The notes beneath the pieces are model-generated. The model was given only the letters and a program-made list of their open reading frames with translations. It had not been told where the DNA came from and did not search any database. From the human T2T-CHM13v2.0 reference genome, Homo sapiens, in the NCBI RefSeq assembly GCF_009914755.1, contig NC_060934.1: 64,000 bases of DNA; one strand, written 5' to 3'. A program made the position numbers and the translations under genes. Of this stretch, positions 1-21,732 are shown piece after piece. Every line of letters starts with the position of its first letter. Position 1 is the stretch's first letter.

Positions 1-80
1 TTGAGGAAAATCAGGTTCAAAGGAGTGACTCATCCAAGGTCATGGAGTTGAAAAGAGGCAGAACCAGAAATCAGACCCAA
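1..80 (-). mobile_element. MIR fragment
   Basis: gaggaaaatcagg...ccaaggtca...ggcagaaccagaaatcagaccca. Confidence 0.5.
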
Positions 81-2637
81 AATTTGGCTAAAATTAAATC
101 CTTTCTGTAAAACATTGGTTAGAAAATAAGGCAACAGTGTTTGTTTCCTCCCAGTTGGTGAAATGCAAATGTGAACTTAGATGATGATGATTCACTGTGG
201 AAGCAGTAAAAGACATAAGAGAGAAAATGTATGTGTTCTTTTTCAGAGTGATCCCACTTTGTCTCATGATAGCTAATAGACCAGCTTTGAAGCAAATGTT
301 CCTTGAGGTGTTGTTACCATCTCCATAATTTCTACTAGTGACAATAAAATCCTGGACTCTGAATCCCCAGACGAAATTTGCTTGGGTCATATTTATTTTA
401 ACCATCTGACATAGGAAGCTTAAACTGTTATGGAGGTGGCCAGAGATCATTTCCACAAACATGCATGTATTGCACACACTGCCAAGCTAACAGTAGGTGC
501 TCAATAAATGTTAACTGAATGAATGCATCCCCTGTGATGACAACATTCCCTTTTGTCATTTTGACTAAGACAGTGGCTCCCTTCCCTCTATTGCTTGAGT
601 AGATACAACATTCCCTAAAACAAATGCCTGAATCGAAGCCTAGGAGTAAGGTTAATTTGCTTTAAGGAATGAATCTGGGAGTTGCTTCCAAAAATAATGC
701 CACAGTCTCTATAGGAAAAGCTTCAAGATAAATATAGAGTGTACACAAGCAAAATGGAAGCTAAAGCACATCGTCTGTTTCTCCTCTCTAGGAAGTTCCT
801 TGTCACTCGTATTTCACTTTCTCCAAGAGGAAGTCTCCCGTGATTACACCAGTTGTATTCTTGTTTTATGCCTAGTGGGATGTACTGTAGTAAAATTCTG
901 CTGGGATGCGTACCTCATTTTTGGCAACCATACTCCTTTTTATGTTTTACTTAACAAAAGGTGTTCATGAATCAGCTCAAAATCTCAGTTCATATTTAGA
1001 TGACGCATTTTCTTCAACTGAACAACAGTCCACAGTTACAAATGCCAAACAGGAAGGGCACATCTGCGAAAAACAAGCCTCTTAAGCTGGAAGAATGAAT
1101 AATGATGATGTGTGGGCTGTGCTTTCTACACAGCAAACTCTGGGAAGACCTTTCTGTGAACAGCTATCTGATAACAATTGAAGAGGCTTTGTGCTCCCAC
1201 CCACCTCCCACTCTCTTTTGTATCAGTAACTCCGCAGGAGAAAAGGAGATTGGTGGTAAAGATTCCTTGGTCATTAGAAACTCAGGTATCTATTCAGAAT
1301 CACAGAATCTCCAGGTATTCTTTTCTTCATCACTTATAGTTTTGAGTGTAGAGTAAATCTTTGAGTGTTTTCTTTGGGGATATGAAAGTTGTTTCTACTT
1401 TGAGTCTTAAATCCCCAGTAGAAGCTTCTAGATAATGAACCAGCTACTTAAATAAAATACTGGTTCAATTAGGATTTAATTAAAGTTTATGGTTATAAAA
1501 CAATTCCATTTTCATTATAGAAATTATATGTGGAGTTTCCCATTTTTATTTTGCATAAATTTCTGTCATTCTAGAAAATGTATAAATTTGCTTCTAATTT
1601 GAATAATCTGTGTGTGCGTCTTTGTGTGTGCTTATGTGTGTGTGCGTTTAACAAAATGAGCTTACTGTTCAGTAAAATAATAAAATTTGAGTTTGGCTAA
1701 GCAGTCAGCGAATTAGCATGCTTTTTTGCCATCTTTGATTCATGGTAACATTTATAACTAACTTTCTTTAGTTTATAGATCCTTCTCTGTTACTGTCATA
1801 TAATTGCCATAATAATAAAACCCCTCCTTCCCATATGGAATTCCATTAACAGTTTGGCTACTCTGATTATTGCTACTGTTTCATCCATCATGAGAAGAGT
1901 TTGCTACTGAGGAAGATGCTAACAGTATTAACCCTGGAACCTCCCACCTCCTCCCCCCATCCCCAAACTCAATTAAACCAGCATCACACCAAGACACACA
2001 CAAAAAAGATGCCGCCTATTTACATAACACAATGATCAAGTAATAAATCAACATTAATCATGAATGTTGCAACAAGTCACTGAAAATGATGTTTGACCTC
2101 ACCATGGACTGGACTCATCCATCCATAAACAGCATTTATTTCCAACTGGGAGCAACTTCCCACACCCAAGAACAGGGTCAAGCATTTCGGATACATATGA
2201 CAGGCAGGTTTGATCTTTCCTTCCGGGTATCACTTTCCTTTTGTCCTAACTTCATTACCTTCAAATCCTGCAACAATCTTATCATAGAAATTATTCCATT
2301 TCCAACACCCTGAGTCCAATTGCCCGTTTTCTTCAAATCCCTTCTTAATGTCTACTTTCTTATGATGCTTTCCCCACTAATATGAATATAGCTTCAAAGT
2401 ACGGTATACCTAGGCTTCCTGATTCAGTCTACAATATTATGTTTGAAAATTTATGGGAAAAATTGAAGCTAATTATTTTTGGTTAGTTCTGGGGAGTGTT
2501 TGACAAGAAGATATAATTCTCCAAGGCATGGTTCAGGCATTTGTTACAGTAGGAGCCACCTGTGCATCACCCCGACCCGTTCTCCCCATCCTTGTCTTCT
2601 CCTATAAGCCTCCAGTTAGAAAACCACTCCTCTCCAT

Positions 2638-2765
2638 GGCAGGTCAAACATCAACAGCCTTACCCTTGGGCTTGGAGTGAAGTCATAGTTCAGCATGCAG
2701 CACCCTGAGGCAATCTTGACATCTCTATCACACCACACTTTTTAGTACATATCCACTAGATAGAG
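2638..2765 (+). repeat. Dispersed direct repeat, copy 1 (partner 5477-5605)
   Basis: About 80% identity by manual alignment, e.g. cagcaccctga(g/a)gcaatctt and atcacaccacact. Confidence 0.9.
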
Positions 2766-2807
2766 ATAGGAGTGAATTTCTCTTCTTCCGGAACTTGCTT
2801 TATAAGC

Positions 2808-3192
2808 CTCTGAGCCTTTGCATATGCTGTTGGTTCTTTCTAGAATACCATCCTCACCTGTCACCAATACTCCCACCTCCATAGTTGTCTGTCTGGGAAA
2901 CTGTTATTCACACTTCGAGTCTCCATTCAAGTCAGCGTCAGCCCCTGCGGAGTCTTTCCAGTCACTCTCAGGCTGACTTTGACACTCCTCTCTGTGCCTC
3001 ACTGTGCTTTGCCCAGACTCCATGTTGGAGCTCATCTCTGCTTGCATTTGTGTAAGCGTCTGATCATCACTAGATTGTAAGCTAAGAGAAACCAGGAGCC
3101 ATGTCATTTCATTTCTCTATCCCAGAACCTAGCACAATGCCTGTCATGAGAAGGGTTCAATGAAAAATTTAATGAATGAATGAGTGAATGAA
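2808..3192 (+). mobile_element. L2 3' end
   Basis: cctttgcatatgctgtt...tagattgtaagct...cctagcacaatgcctg...(tgaa)n. Confidence 0.75.
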
Positions 3193-4381
3193 GCACAATT
3201 CAACTGAAGCTAAAAGAGGGAACAACTAGGAGGATAATTGTGGTGAAATAATCAACATTCCTCTATCAAGTCAAAATTAAACTGCCTTGCAGTTGACTCA
3301 ACTTTTTATTATTTTCAATTATTTCTCCAAATGTGCCTCTTCTTAACTATTTTGATGAACACGGCAGATAAGTGTTTAATACCAGTTGTCCCTCATTAGT
3401 TAGCTGATTAAAATGACAATATTAAAAGAAACAAGGTATGACTAATTCAGTGTTTTAATAGGAAAAAAAGAACATTTGCATACAAAAATCAGCCTGTGTC
3501 AGACGTAAATTGTGCACCATCACACTGATTACCTGCTATGGCCAATGACATGGAAGTTGAAAATAATAGAAATATGATGTGGTATTTAAATTAGTATCTT
3601 TCACAGCCATATGTTAAATATATGCTATTTCCCACATGACAAACTGATTAAATAACTTAGATAATGTTTTAATACACATCATTATACAAAAAAGATTAGA
3701 ATAAACTATGAATCATTCTGTCAACTTGTGATTCAACAGAATAATGTATATTTTTCATGGTTATTAATATTTAGTGTCTTTCAGTAAATTAAAAATCAAG
3801 CTTAACAAAGGTTAAAAATATCTGATGACACATAGATGATTGTAAAAGTAATATATATTAATGAACCTTTGAATGACTGACTTTTTTTTTTTGGTTAATC
3901 ACTCACAGAATTATGTCAAACATATATCAAGACTGGCTCCTTTTTCAGCCAACCTTCCGGCATTTCATTACTATAGTTACCTGATTAATGGATGCAATAA
4001 TATATATGGCATGATATGATATGTTCGCATTAAATTTTAATCAAATATTACTAAATTCAGAAAACATTAAGTAAATCATGACTGATGAGGCAATATTGCT
4101 GTACTGTCATATTGATGATTCTGAAACTTCACTACTGAGAGTAACAGATTAAGCACAAGAAGTGAATTTTATGAGGAAATATAAGTATCTCAACTTCCAC
4201 AGTTGTGTTTTTTAATTGCTTTACGGCCACCAGAGGAGATGTGAGATCCATCAAGTCTATTGATGTCACAGATCTCATAATTCCCTTTCTTGGTTTCAAA
4301 AATTTTATTTGCAGTGATAGAGGGGCCCATTCATTATCTATGGGGGTTTGTTTTTCCTATCATGGTTTTTACCTAAAAGCT

Positions 4382-4980
<599 letters not shown>

Positions 4981-4991
4981 GTTGTTTATAA

Positions 4992-5344
<353 letters not shown>

Positions 5345-5476
5345 AAGTTGTTGTTATATTTTAAATAGAACTTAAAACCTAATACTGACTTTTCAGTCTT
5401 GCCAAGAGGGAAAGAAACAGGAACTATCATTTGCTGGTGACAGGTACTCACAGACAGACACACTGCTTCTGTAGAA

Positions 5477-5605
5477 GGCAGGTCAAATAGCAGCAGGCTC
5501 ACCCTAGGGCTTGAAATGAAGTCCTAATTGAGCACACAGCACCCTGAAGCAATCTTCAAATCTCCATCACACCACACTCTTTTTGTCCAGGTTAATTAGA
5601 TAGAG
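5477..5605 (+). repeat. Dispersed direct repeat, copy 2 (partner 2638-2765)
   Basis: About 80% identity by manual alignment. Confidence 0.9.
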
Positions 5606-6218
5606 GCAGTAAAGCATGAGGCATTTATGTGCATTATCTTATCTAATCTCACAACAAAGTCACAAAGTGGGCATCTGTATGCCGGTGTCACATATGAAAA
5701 AACACATAACTGGTGAGTGGAAATACAAACTGTCAGCTTCCAGATGTTGTGTTTTTCTTACTGAGACTTCCAGTGCTCATCCATACCCCTTTCTCCTCAT
5801 TTTCCTGAACTCCCTGAGGAAAACATACCCCAGCCACTCTTGCTGCCAGGCAGGAACATGTAACCCACGTAGGTCATCTGGGTCTCGGGCAGCAAAAAGC
5901 CCCGTGAGACTCTCCAGGTGCTCTTCCTTGGCTCGGGCAACTCTGGCAGCCATGTGCCGAGGTGGTGGGATTGGATATCTGAGTCACCTTGGGAACGGAA
6001 GATACCTCAGAGAACCCACTCAACCCACAGCAGGCTTTGTGTGAGTGAGAAGAAAACTGTTGCATGTTTAGCCACAGGGGCTTCAAGCATTCATGTTACT
6101 TCAGGATTGCTTATCCTGGTCTGCCTAATACACTTCTGTAGACTCAGAAAATGGTTGGTTAGGATTGGTGCCATGAGCTGAAGTATTTGTCCATGTAATA
6201 ATCAAAAATGCTTTTTAC

Positions 6219-6531
<313 letters not shown>

Positions 6532-7555
6532 TCATCACTCAAGTCCATGTTCATATTTTACAATCATCTAGCATCCTAATTACCAAACTTCTCCCCACCT
6601 CCTCCTTCTCCTCCTCTCTTTCCTTCTTCTTTTTCATAAGATGAATGAGATATTGAGTCTCATGTTAGAACAACCTAAATCAACTGGTTTTACCCTTCTC
6701 ACATTGACATGGGATAGTGTTCTTGACCAAGCATGTCATGTCCTCCAAAGGCCAACCTTACTGTAGTTTTCCTAAAATGGGGTACTCAAATAAATTTTAG
6801 GTACTTCACAAATGATTTTGTAGTAGTTACATATTTATCTGAAAGTGTATTAGAAAAATATGCATAAGTATATAACATATGTATGTGATTCCATGCTTAT
6901 TGCTGCTTACAACAATGCTAAAGGAGATATTTGTGTTTTTAAAGTAGATGTACGTTTTTAGAAAGTAAAAAACAGCAGGGCAGCCTGTGCACTGGTACAG
7001 CAAAAATCCTGGACCCAAAAAAAAGCCCTGAGCCAGGGTGAGAACCCTCTAAGCAGAGTCAGTGCTGGTCATGCCAGGTGATCAGCTCTCCCTCCTCCCC
7101 TCTAGCCTTTGGAGAGTATGATAAAAGGAACACCCTCTTGTCTGTGTTTCCTCCCACCACAGGGGCAGGTAGGCAAATCCTCCCTGCCCAGGCTTTTCCT
7201 CCTAGCACCAAACAGCTGTCCATGAAAGCCCACAGATCACTAGACAGAGCTATGAAAGCGTCTAAGAGCTAAATTCGATATCCGTCTTTTCTTAGTAGAG
7301 CTCAAGATCTCATTATCAAGAGTGGAGCTGATTGTTCAGCTGATCCCATAAGAGACCCTGCTGCTTTCTGCTGGCAGGGGCAGGAGGTGCAGGGGTGGAA
7401 CCCTGGGCTAAGGCTGAGTCTCTATTGCTCAAACATTGCTGTAATGTTTAGCCTGGGTCCCTGCCAGGTTCTCAGGATGGGGGCAAGTCGTCCAACTGGT
7501 CGCAGTCTGAGCACCTGGGTTCTCTGGCAAAAGGTGGTATAAAAATGCAGAGATA

Positions 7556-7919
<364 letters not shown>

Positions 7920-8560
7920 TTAGGCGTTTAGCACAAACTGAAATACATGAATGGTTTGCCCTAGTCAGAACTCCAAAGGCTGCTTTAACATTAGCATCAC
8001 TGCCTCTGTGCTATACTATATTTAGATAAAGGTGCCATCTTGCTTTCTGCATGATTCTCCCCTTCCTTCTGCCTTTAGTTTGACCCAGGGGAATTCACAA
8101 CACATTCTGGGTTCTTATCTTCTGTAGAACGAGTTGCAGTTTCCTCGCCACCATGAGCATGTTGCCTCCCCCCTCAGCCCTTAGTAATTTGTCAAGTGAC
8201 ACGGCTGAGTCTTGGCTCTGTCTCCCTTCCTCTGGTCTTCCAATAACAATCCATAACTATTCTCTTCCATGGACCTAAATCAAACAGAATTCAGACCCAA
8301 AATGGAAAAGGAGAAACAGGGTCATGGGAATAGGACATTGATTTCCTCCCATTGGACACCAGCCTGGTCCAGAGCCAATCACCTGGGCCCCCAGGATGTG
8401 GTGAAGGGGAGGAGAGGAAGCTGTTCTCCCCAACCTAGCTGGTTTGGCCCACTGAATTTCTGCCATCATTCATAAAAGTCATCTGTAGGCCAGAGGAGTC
8501 CCTCTGGAATAAGAAGGGGGAAAAAAAAAAAAAGCAAGGGAAGCAGCCAAAACTAGAGAT

Positions 8561-10330
<1,770 letters not shown>

Positions 10331-11000
10331 GGTCCATTCATAGCCAAGCTCTTTTTAAGAATGAAACAAACTTCTAAGACAGCAGACACTATTTCAGAGT
10401 GTTTTCAAAAATAACCCTAGAAAAACTATAACTTTCCGTCTGATGCCCTGGCATTTAATCACTTACACTGGCCCTATTTTGCTTTCAGTAAAATGAGATG
10501 AAAAGTCAAACTGCAACTATTGGATCAATGCGTAGTGTAAGAAAACCTAATCAAACAGGACCTCATTTGAGAAGGACATGGGTTCCCCTAAGCTTTGCAC
10601 TGTTATCTAACACAGAACCAAAGTTTTCTCATTTGGACAAAATAGGAAACTTTGAAAAGCAGATACAATAAGATTTTCATATAGGTATTGCTTTCCAAAT
10701 TATCTTTAAAATACAGCGCAAATATTACTTCCACTGAAGTAATATTTGATTTGATAAGTGGTGTATCAACCCATGCCACTTAAAATGTTGTCTTTCAAAT
10801 AGTTGATGTCACAGTCAGTCAGTGACATCTATATTAACCAAAAGTTATGATCTATGAGAAAATATAGCTTTGTCTGTGAAGGCTTCTACTTTAATGTTGC
10901 TTCTTATTGAAGTAAAGTAAAAATAGGAGACAATCTTCTCTTTTTCTCTCCCAACTTCCAAGGGAGGTGTAACTGCATAATATAACCCATTATGCACTAG

Positions 11001-11314
<314 letters not shown>

Positions 11315-12194
11315 GAGATCTGGGTTATTTTTAATGAAGGGAGGAAAGGTGGAAAGGAGAAATAGTGAACACTAGTGATACAATTAAATAAAACAAACTG
11401 TGGTTTTGGGGTTTTGGTCTACAACCAGCCAGACAGTGAGTGAAAGAGAAATCATTGGCAGGTGCTGCATTTTGGATGAAGGTTTTTGCAGGCTGGGTAA
11501 GTCAGCCCAGTGCCAGCCTGTGTAGGAAGGAGGACAACCACCTACGTGGCATAATTTGAGATGTACAACAAGGCCCTGCTGGCCATAAAATAGCTCTTCC
11601 ATGAAACTGCAACAGCCCAGTATTCTCCTCAACCAGTAAGTGTAAATCAAACAGTTACTCTATGCCCAATTGTGGCTGAACACAAAAGCAAATATGAGAT
11701 ATTATCCCTGCCTTCAAGACCTAACAATTTTATCAGAGAGACAAAAATAAAGTCAGTGAGGTCATATCAAATAAATTAAGGTAATGTATAGTTAAAATTG
11801 TATGATAAAACTTTCAGCTGCTATAGACTTCAGAAAAGGAAGGAAAAACTGGAGCAATCATGGAAGGCTTTTTCCATGGATGAGTGAGTGGAGGAATAAG
11901 ATCTTGAAGGATTGTAAGGATTAGAAGAAAGGAAGAAAGATCAGAAAGCCCAACAACCCAGGGACACAGGTAAGGCAGGGGGTCTTTCTCATGAAAATGA
12001 GACACATCTGATTAAAAGAGTGCACTCTAGGCAGTGTCGAGAAATAACTAAATAGACAGAACCAGATCAGACAATGGGAAACTCTCATTTGTTGTCAAAA
12101 ACCACGTTCATAGCTTCGTCTTTGCTAAAGACTAAGAAATGAATCCTCCTCCCCAGTTATACTTTATATCACCACCCTATTTATTCTTTCATAA

Positions 12195-12746
<552 letters not shown>

Positions 12747-12966
12747 TGAAGAATCCAGAAGAAAATATTCTTTCTGAGGAGTATGGAATGGGGATATTTA
12801 GGAACAAGGCAAGCCATGTGAAATTTAAGAATGAAAGAGTGCCACAAGGGAGAATGCCATCCATTGGTCACAGGGAGATTGAAACGGGGATCCTTTGAGC
12901 CCGGAATTGCAAGTCCAGGCTGGGCAACATAGTGAGATCCTATCTCTAAAAGTTAGATTAATGTTA

Positions 12967-13543
<577 letters not shown>

Positions 13544-14109
13544 ATTTTTAAAAATTAAAAAAAAAATGTAAGAAGTACGAAAGAGAAAAAATGGGTGAGT
13601 GCATAGAAAGGCAGTGAGCATGAAAAGATGGAAGTATTCCTAGGATCTACCTTGTACTGAGTCTAGAACTGGGTCGAATCACAATAGCAGCGACCTCATC
13701 CTGGTGTCTTGCTGAAATGTGGAGAATAGCTAGGGAATCCGAAGGTTTATAAAAACACAGAGGTCAAAAGACTTAAGCAGTTATGATGGAAGTCTGGGTC
13801 AAAGGAGGAGCTTTCCCTGTGAAGTGAATGTCACTCCAGAAGTGTCTGCACTTTAATTAGACTAATTAAGTAATTGGTATACTCATCTCTTCACTCATCG
13901 CATGACAGAGTCTTAGGGGCTGAAAGGCATTAGAGAGACTTTCAATCAACTATCAACCTTCAGATAAACTTTTCCCAAAATATTCTGAACTAAAAGCAAC
14001 TTATTCTCATTTTTAAAGCACAGGGAAACAAAACTCTACTGCAATTCATGTTCAATAATGAAATAAATGTTTCAGGAAATTCTTTCATGACTCAATACCA
14101 AAAAATCTA

Positions 14110-14360
14110 GCTTCGACAGAGGCGCATGCGCATCCAGGTGCAGTTCTAAAACTGATTTGCAGAGACCAGGCCTCTCAGTTTCCCTTCTTGTAACAACCAT
14201 CAAATGCTAGTTCTCACCCACCACAGGTTCCTTGCTTCCTTCCTGTCTTGGTCTCATCTTGTCTTCTTCCTGTTCCATGTCATGGTGGAGAATATACTGA
14301 AGGACACTGAGTCACGCAAGACAAGAAGCTAAAATCCCACCCTGTCGGAATAGTGCGGGG
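14110..14360. promoter_or_regulatory. Candidate cis-regulatory element (NRF1, AP-1 and XRE motifs)
   Basis: GCGCATGCGC at 14122-14131; TGAGTCA at 14308-14314 overlapping CACGCAA at 14313-14319. Motif evidence only. Confidence 0.4.
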
Positions 14361-14549
14361 CAGCTGTCTACTTTGTCTTTATATCTAACTCAAAGTGCTT
14401 GACCCACTCACCTATTTCCAATATTTATGAGATCCTGTGAGAAACAGAGCTACAGACATATAAAGTCCTTAATGTTGAAAGAAAATTTTGTTCAGAATTT
14501 TTCATTTTTTACAGTTTTGCTCAATTGGTGGAAGACTGTCTCTGCATTA

Positions 14550-15415
<866 letters not shown>

Positions 15416-16152
15416 TGTAAACTGTCTACTCTCTTTGGAGCCAAATATGGAAGATTGGGAAAAAAAAGTGCTTTGAAAATTAGTAACTATGTTCATGTTG
15501 AGAATCATGGTTCCCATTGTGGAAGAAGAGACATGAAAATATGAAATTGGGGAAAGCAAGAAAGAGTCCTACAGGGGTGTATTAGATTTGGAGGTACTGG
15601 TGTGAACTGTGATTTCTAAAATATGTCTATGTAGGTATTATATATGCATATCTGTGTGCACATGTATATCATAAATGTATGCATATGTGTATGTATGTGT
15701 ATGTATATATGCCTATATACACATATGTATTTCTTAGCTCTCTACACTTTTAGAGGGCCAAGAGGCAAATACCCACCAGTAGCACCCAGATCTTGGATTC
15801 TAATACCATTCTCCACTAAAAGGATCCAGGGATTCTCAGAGAAATGTCTGATTACAGGAACAGGACAGGATAGGTGCAAAAGAACCTGGAATATCTGGCT
15901 ATTCCAGAAAGGAAGAAAATGCTCCAAACAATAATGAAGGCATATTACAAGGACACAAGAGCCAGCTTGGCTGATTCTGGCCAAATCGAGGACAATGTGA
16001 GTATGAAATGTCCTAGCACCAATCATGAATTAGAAACCATTGAATGAATAGAAATTCACGTCCATTGCAAAAACACAAGGAAAAGTGATGATGATGATGA
16101 TGGTGAAGATAGAAGATAGATGGACAGACAGACAGACAGAAAATAGATAGAT

Positions 16153-16284
16153 TAGGGGTTTTCACTTTGTTCGAATCCTCCCCCACCCCGTCTCTGTATG
16201 GGGGAGCTGTTTTCTTCTTCCTTCCTTCTTTCTTGCCTATTAAACTTTTTGTTCCTTAAAACCACACACACACACACACAAAAG
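16153..16284 (+). mobile_element. Short ERV1 LTR 3' fragment (MER50-like) ending about 20 nt after ATTAAA, followed by (CA)n-AAAA
   Basis: ggggagctgttttcttcttcc...ttgcctATTAAActttttgttccttaaaacc, then (ca)n. Confidence 0.55.
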
Positions 16285-16312
16285 ATGATAGATAGATAGA
16301 TGATAGATAGAT

Positions 16313-16354
<42 letters not shown>

Positions 16355-16390
16355 CAGATAAATAGATATAGATAGATAGATAGATAGATG
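16285..16390 (+). repeat. (GATA)n tetranucleotide microsatellite
   Basis: Seen directly. Confidence 0.97.
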
Positions 16391-17133
16391 AAAAGAGAGA
16401 TCTCTTTCTTGCAGTAGAATGCGGAGGGCTGAATAGTAGATATGGAAGTAATGCTAAAGTTAGAAAATTATCATTTTACAACTACCATGGTTAAAATCAA
16501 ATCAGGAAAAATTTATCAATGAAAGTTAAATACTGGAGGAAATTTTGATAAGATGCAAGATATTTGCATAGTCCTATTACTTGCAAGAGAGAGAGGGGAA
16601 AAAGTAATTAGATAGTGGGGAAATCAGGCTGCCTTGACCAGTGTATCAAAGTTAACATCATGGATGAGAGAGAGATGGACATTGCAGGCCTCCTGATGGG
16701 ATGTCCTAAAAGGACACATCACCGATGCGGTAATCTGCTAAGGAATGTAGTACCTCAATCTAGCACCAGGAAACACCACACAAATACAAAATTAGAAATG
16801 TTACATTTATAAAAGGGGGACAAACTATGTTCTTTTTAAAATGTCATAAAAGACAAGGGAAGGTTGTAGGATTTGTTCCAGATTGAAGGAGGCTAAAGAA
16901 TTCTGACAACTAATTGCAATGCTTATTCCTAGACTGGATCCACTGGAGAGAAAAATATACTATGAAGGACATTACTAGATTACTAATAAAATTGGAATAT
17001 GGATGGTAGATAGGATAAAAGCGTTATATCAGTGTAAATGTAAGAAGAAAACAGCCATATTGTAGTCATTCGTAGGAAATAAACACAGAAGAACTTAGGG
17101 GTAACAGGACATGATGTTTGTAATTTACCATTA

Positions 17134-17712
<579 letters not shown>

Positions 17713-18365
17713 CTAACAATAGGTCAATTCTGTTAAAAGGTATAGGAATGTTCCTTATAACTATCTTTACTTCTACAACTTTTTTGTAAGTTTGAAACTA
17801 TTTCCAAATAAAAAGCTTAAAAAAAGAAATGCTTTGACATTGAGTAGTTCTAGGGACAAAGGAATAAAGGTAGATGATTTCATCCAATGCTTTATTATTA
17901 TCTTTTAATTATAATTGAAAATTAATTATTTCACTTATTTGAATGTAAATCTTAAGATATTGAAAGTGCCACTTTAGATGTTGCACACTTCTGTTGGGTC
18001 ATCAGTATTCTAGGCCAGGGTCATGGAGCTGGTAGATAGAGTCAACAGATCCTCTAGCCTACAACAAAAATTCCCTGGCCACATGCACATTGACCCCACC
18101 CACATTTATCAGTGTCAAATCCCACATTACAGCCCCCTCCTCACAACAGATCCTCCCACTGAATATATTTTTAGAATTCTCTCCAAGCCCAAATGTGAAT
18201 AATAAAGGAAAACAGATTACAATTTGGATCCCAGAGCCTGACAACTTAAGCCTATTGCAGAGTCTTCTTGGACTCTGTCTTTTGTGCCCACTCTAATTTC
18301 CATAATACAAATTCAATTCACATTTTTCAATAAAGCTGCTCCCCTTTAAAAAATGTGCATTCTTA

Positions 18366-19590
<1,225 letters not shown>

Positions 19591-19613
19591 TATATATATT
19601 TTTTTAAATAATA

Positions 19614-19897
19614 GGCTGGGCACAGTGGCTCATGCCTGTAATCCTAGCTCTTTGGGAGGCCGAGGCGGGTGGATCACGAGGTCAAGGGTTTGAGACCACC
19701 CTGGCAAACATGGTGAAACCTTGTCTCTACTACAAATACAAAAAATTAGCCGGGCGTGGTGGCGGGCGCCGGTCATCCCAGCTACTCGGGAGGCTGAGGC
19801 AGGAGAATTGTTTGAACCCAGGGGCGGAGGTTGCAGTGAGCGGAGATCGCGCCGTTGCACTCCAGCCTGGGCAACAAGAGCGAAACTCTGTGTCAAA
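19614..19897 (+). mobile_element. Alu
   Basis: Dimer. Confidence 0.92.
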
Positions 19898-21438
19898 ATA
19901 CTAACAACTAATGATAATAATAATAATACAGAACAATGGGGGAAAAATGTGCTTTCTTTAGCCCCAGTGGCATTTTTAAAAACAATTTAACCTAAACCAT
20001 TTGTATTAGGAGAAAGTTTTCTGAGTAGTCAACATTGCAGAAATAGAAAATCAGTATTTTACCTAAAATGAATGTGAAAAGTTTATTAAATACTTAGAAG
20101 TACTTATTACCCAAAATACTTCATTCTAATTTATCAAAATGCTCTATAGAAGTGATTGCAGAACTTGTTCTTACAAACTGAACCCACACTCGGCCAGCTG
20201 GCAGAAGTACTCGAAAATATCCACGAATGCTGGTCACTGAAGACACCTAGAGGACGTATTTAGAAACTACACAAAAACAGGACAGCAAATGTTCAACAGC
20301 TCCTATTACTGTCGTTGTGTTTAAAGAGCATTTGCTCAGGACACCCTGTGGGAGGAGGGGAGCGGAGTGGGGAATCAGGCCTTTAGTGCCAAAAACTGGA
20401 AAATCAGATTCTTGGCACATGCCAGAGTAATTTTCACAATGTGCTACATTAGTTCCATAAGAGCATGTTCTGTGATAGTCCTGTTGCTATAGATAAGAAT
20501 GTGTGTCTCACTGGCTAAAAAAGAACATCATTGAAAACCTATATTGTGATTGACAGTGGTCAAAGATGCCAGGAAAATCTTTGCTCTGTCCTAGTTCCTT
20601 ATTTGCTTTCCTGTTGCTCAGTCCTATTTGCACCCATGATTGTGGAAATTTTAAAAAGTTATTTCTAGGTCATTAAAAACTCTCCTTTGACTTTCCAAAA
20701 GCCCCAGTTATGGTCTACCCTTTGGTAGAAAGGAGAGATGACTCATCTTGTCCCCTTTGGCCCATGAACCTCCCAGTCTTCTTTCCAATTAATAGCAGGC
20801 TGGTGCGAAAGAGTGTTTTGTTCCTGCTTTAGGAACCTAAATTTTACAATCTGGGTGAACAGAAATATGCAATGACAGCAAATGTAACAATCATTTAAAA
20901 CACAGCTACAACTCTCACAAGAATGACTATTTTTAACACTAAATTCCATGGCCCAGAAAGAAGTTTAAATATTTTAAGCAATATTTATTACAACAAGAAT
21001 GCAAGCTGTGTCTAGCCATCCTTGATAATGGAATTTAACCAGGGCCCTCCTGTGGAGTATCATACTACTTTATGAGAAAATTCCCTTTTCCTATGTTACA
21101 GAGGGATCAGACCATGTATGTATAAAGAGTATTACTTCAGGAACATCTGCTTTATTGACCAATTATTGATTTAAAATATTTGAGCTTTCTTTATAAGAAC
21201 TATTTGAAAACTTTAGCTTAAAAGTTTTCATCTCTTTTGTCGGGGTAGGGATCAGAGAACAGAAAGAAGTTGCTTCCCAGTGTCTGGAAGTACTTACCAA
21301 TGACAAACTCGAATCTGAGGTTACATTTTTATGTCCAGACAGGGTGTGGCTGGACATGGAACAGGGGAAAATGTGCATTTGGCAATTTTCAACTTCTTTT
21401 TCAAGGAGGAAAACAATGTATAAGACTGGTTAGTTTCT

Positions 21439-21732
<294 letters not shown>

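Noticed and set aside
907-931. Minus-strand ATG GTT GCC AAA AAT GAG|gtacgc (also ATG|gtgagg at about 2100) as first coding exons
   Set aside because: Short donor-like matches only; no recognisable protein and no partner exon in the window.
10805-10829. 8-bp inverted repeat gatgtcac...gtgacatc (also ttaattag-a-ctaattaa near 13853)
   Set aside because: Too short to exceed chance in 64 kb.
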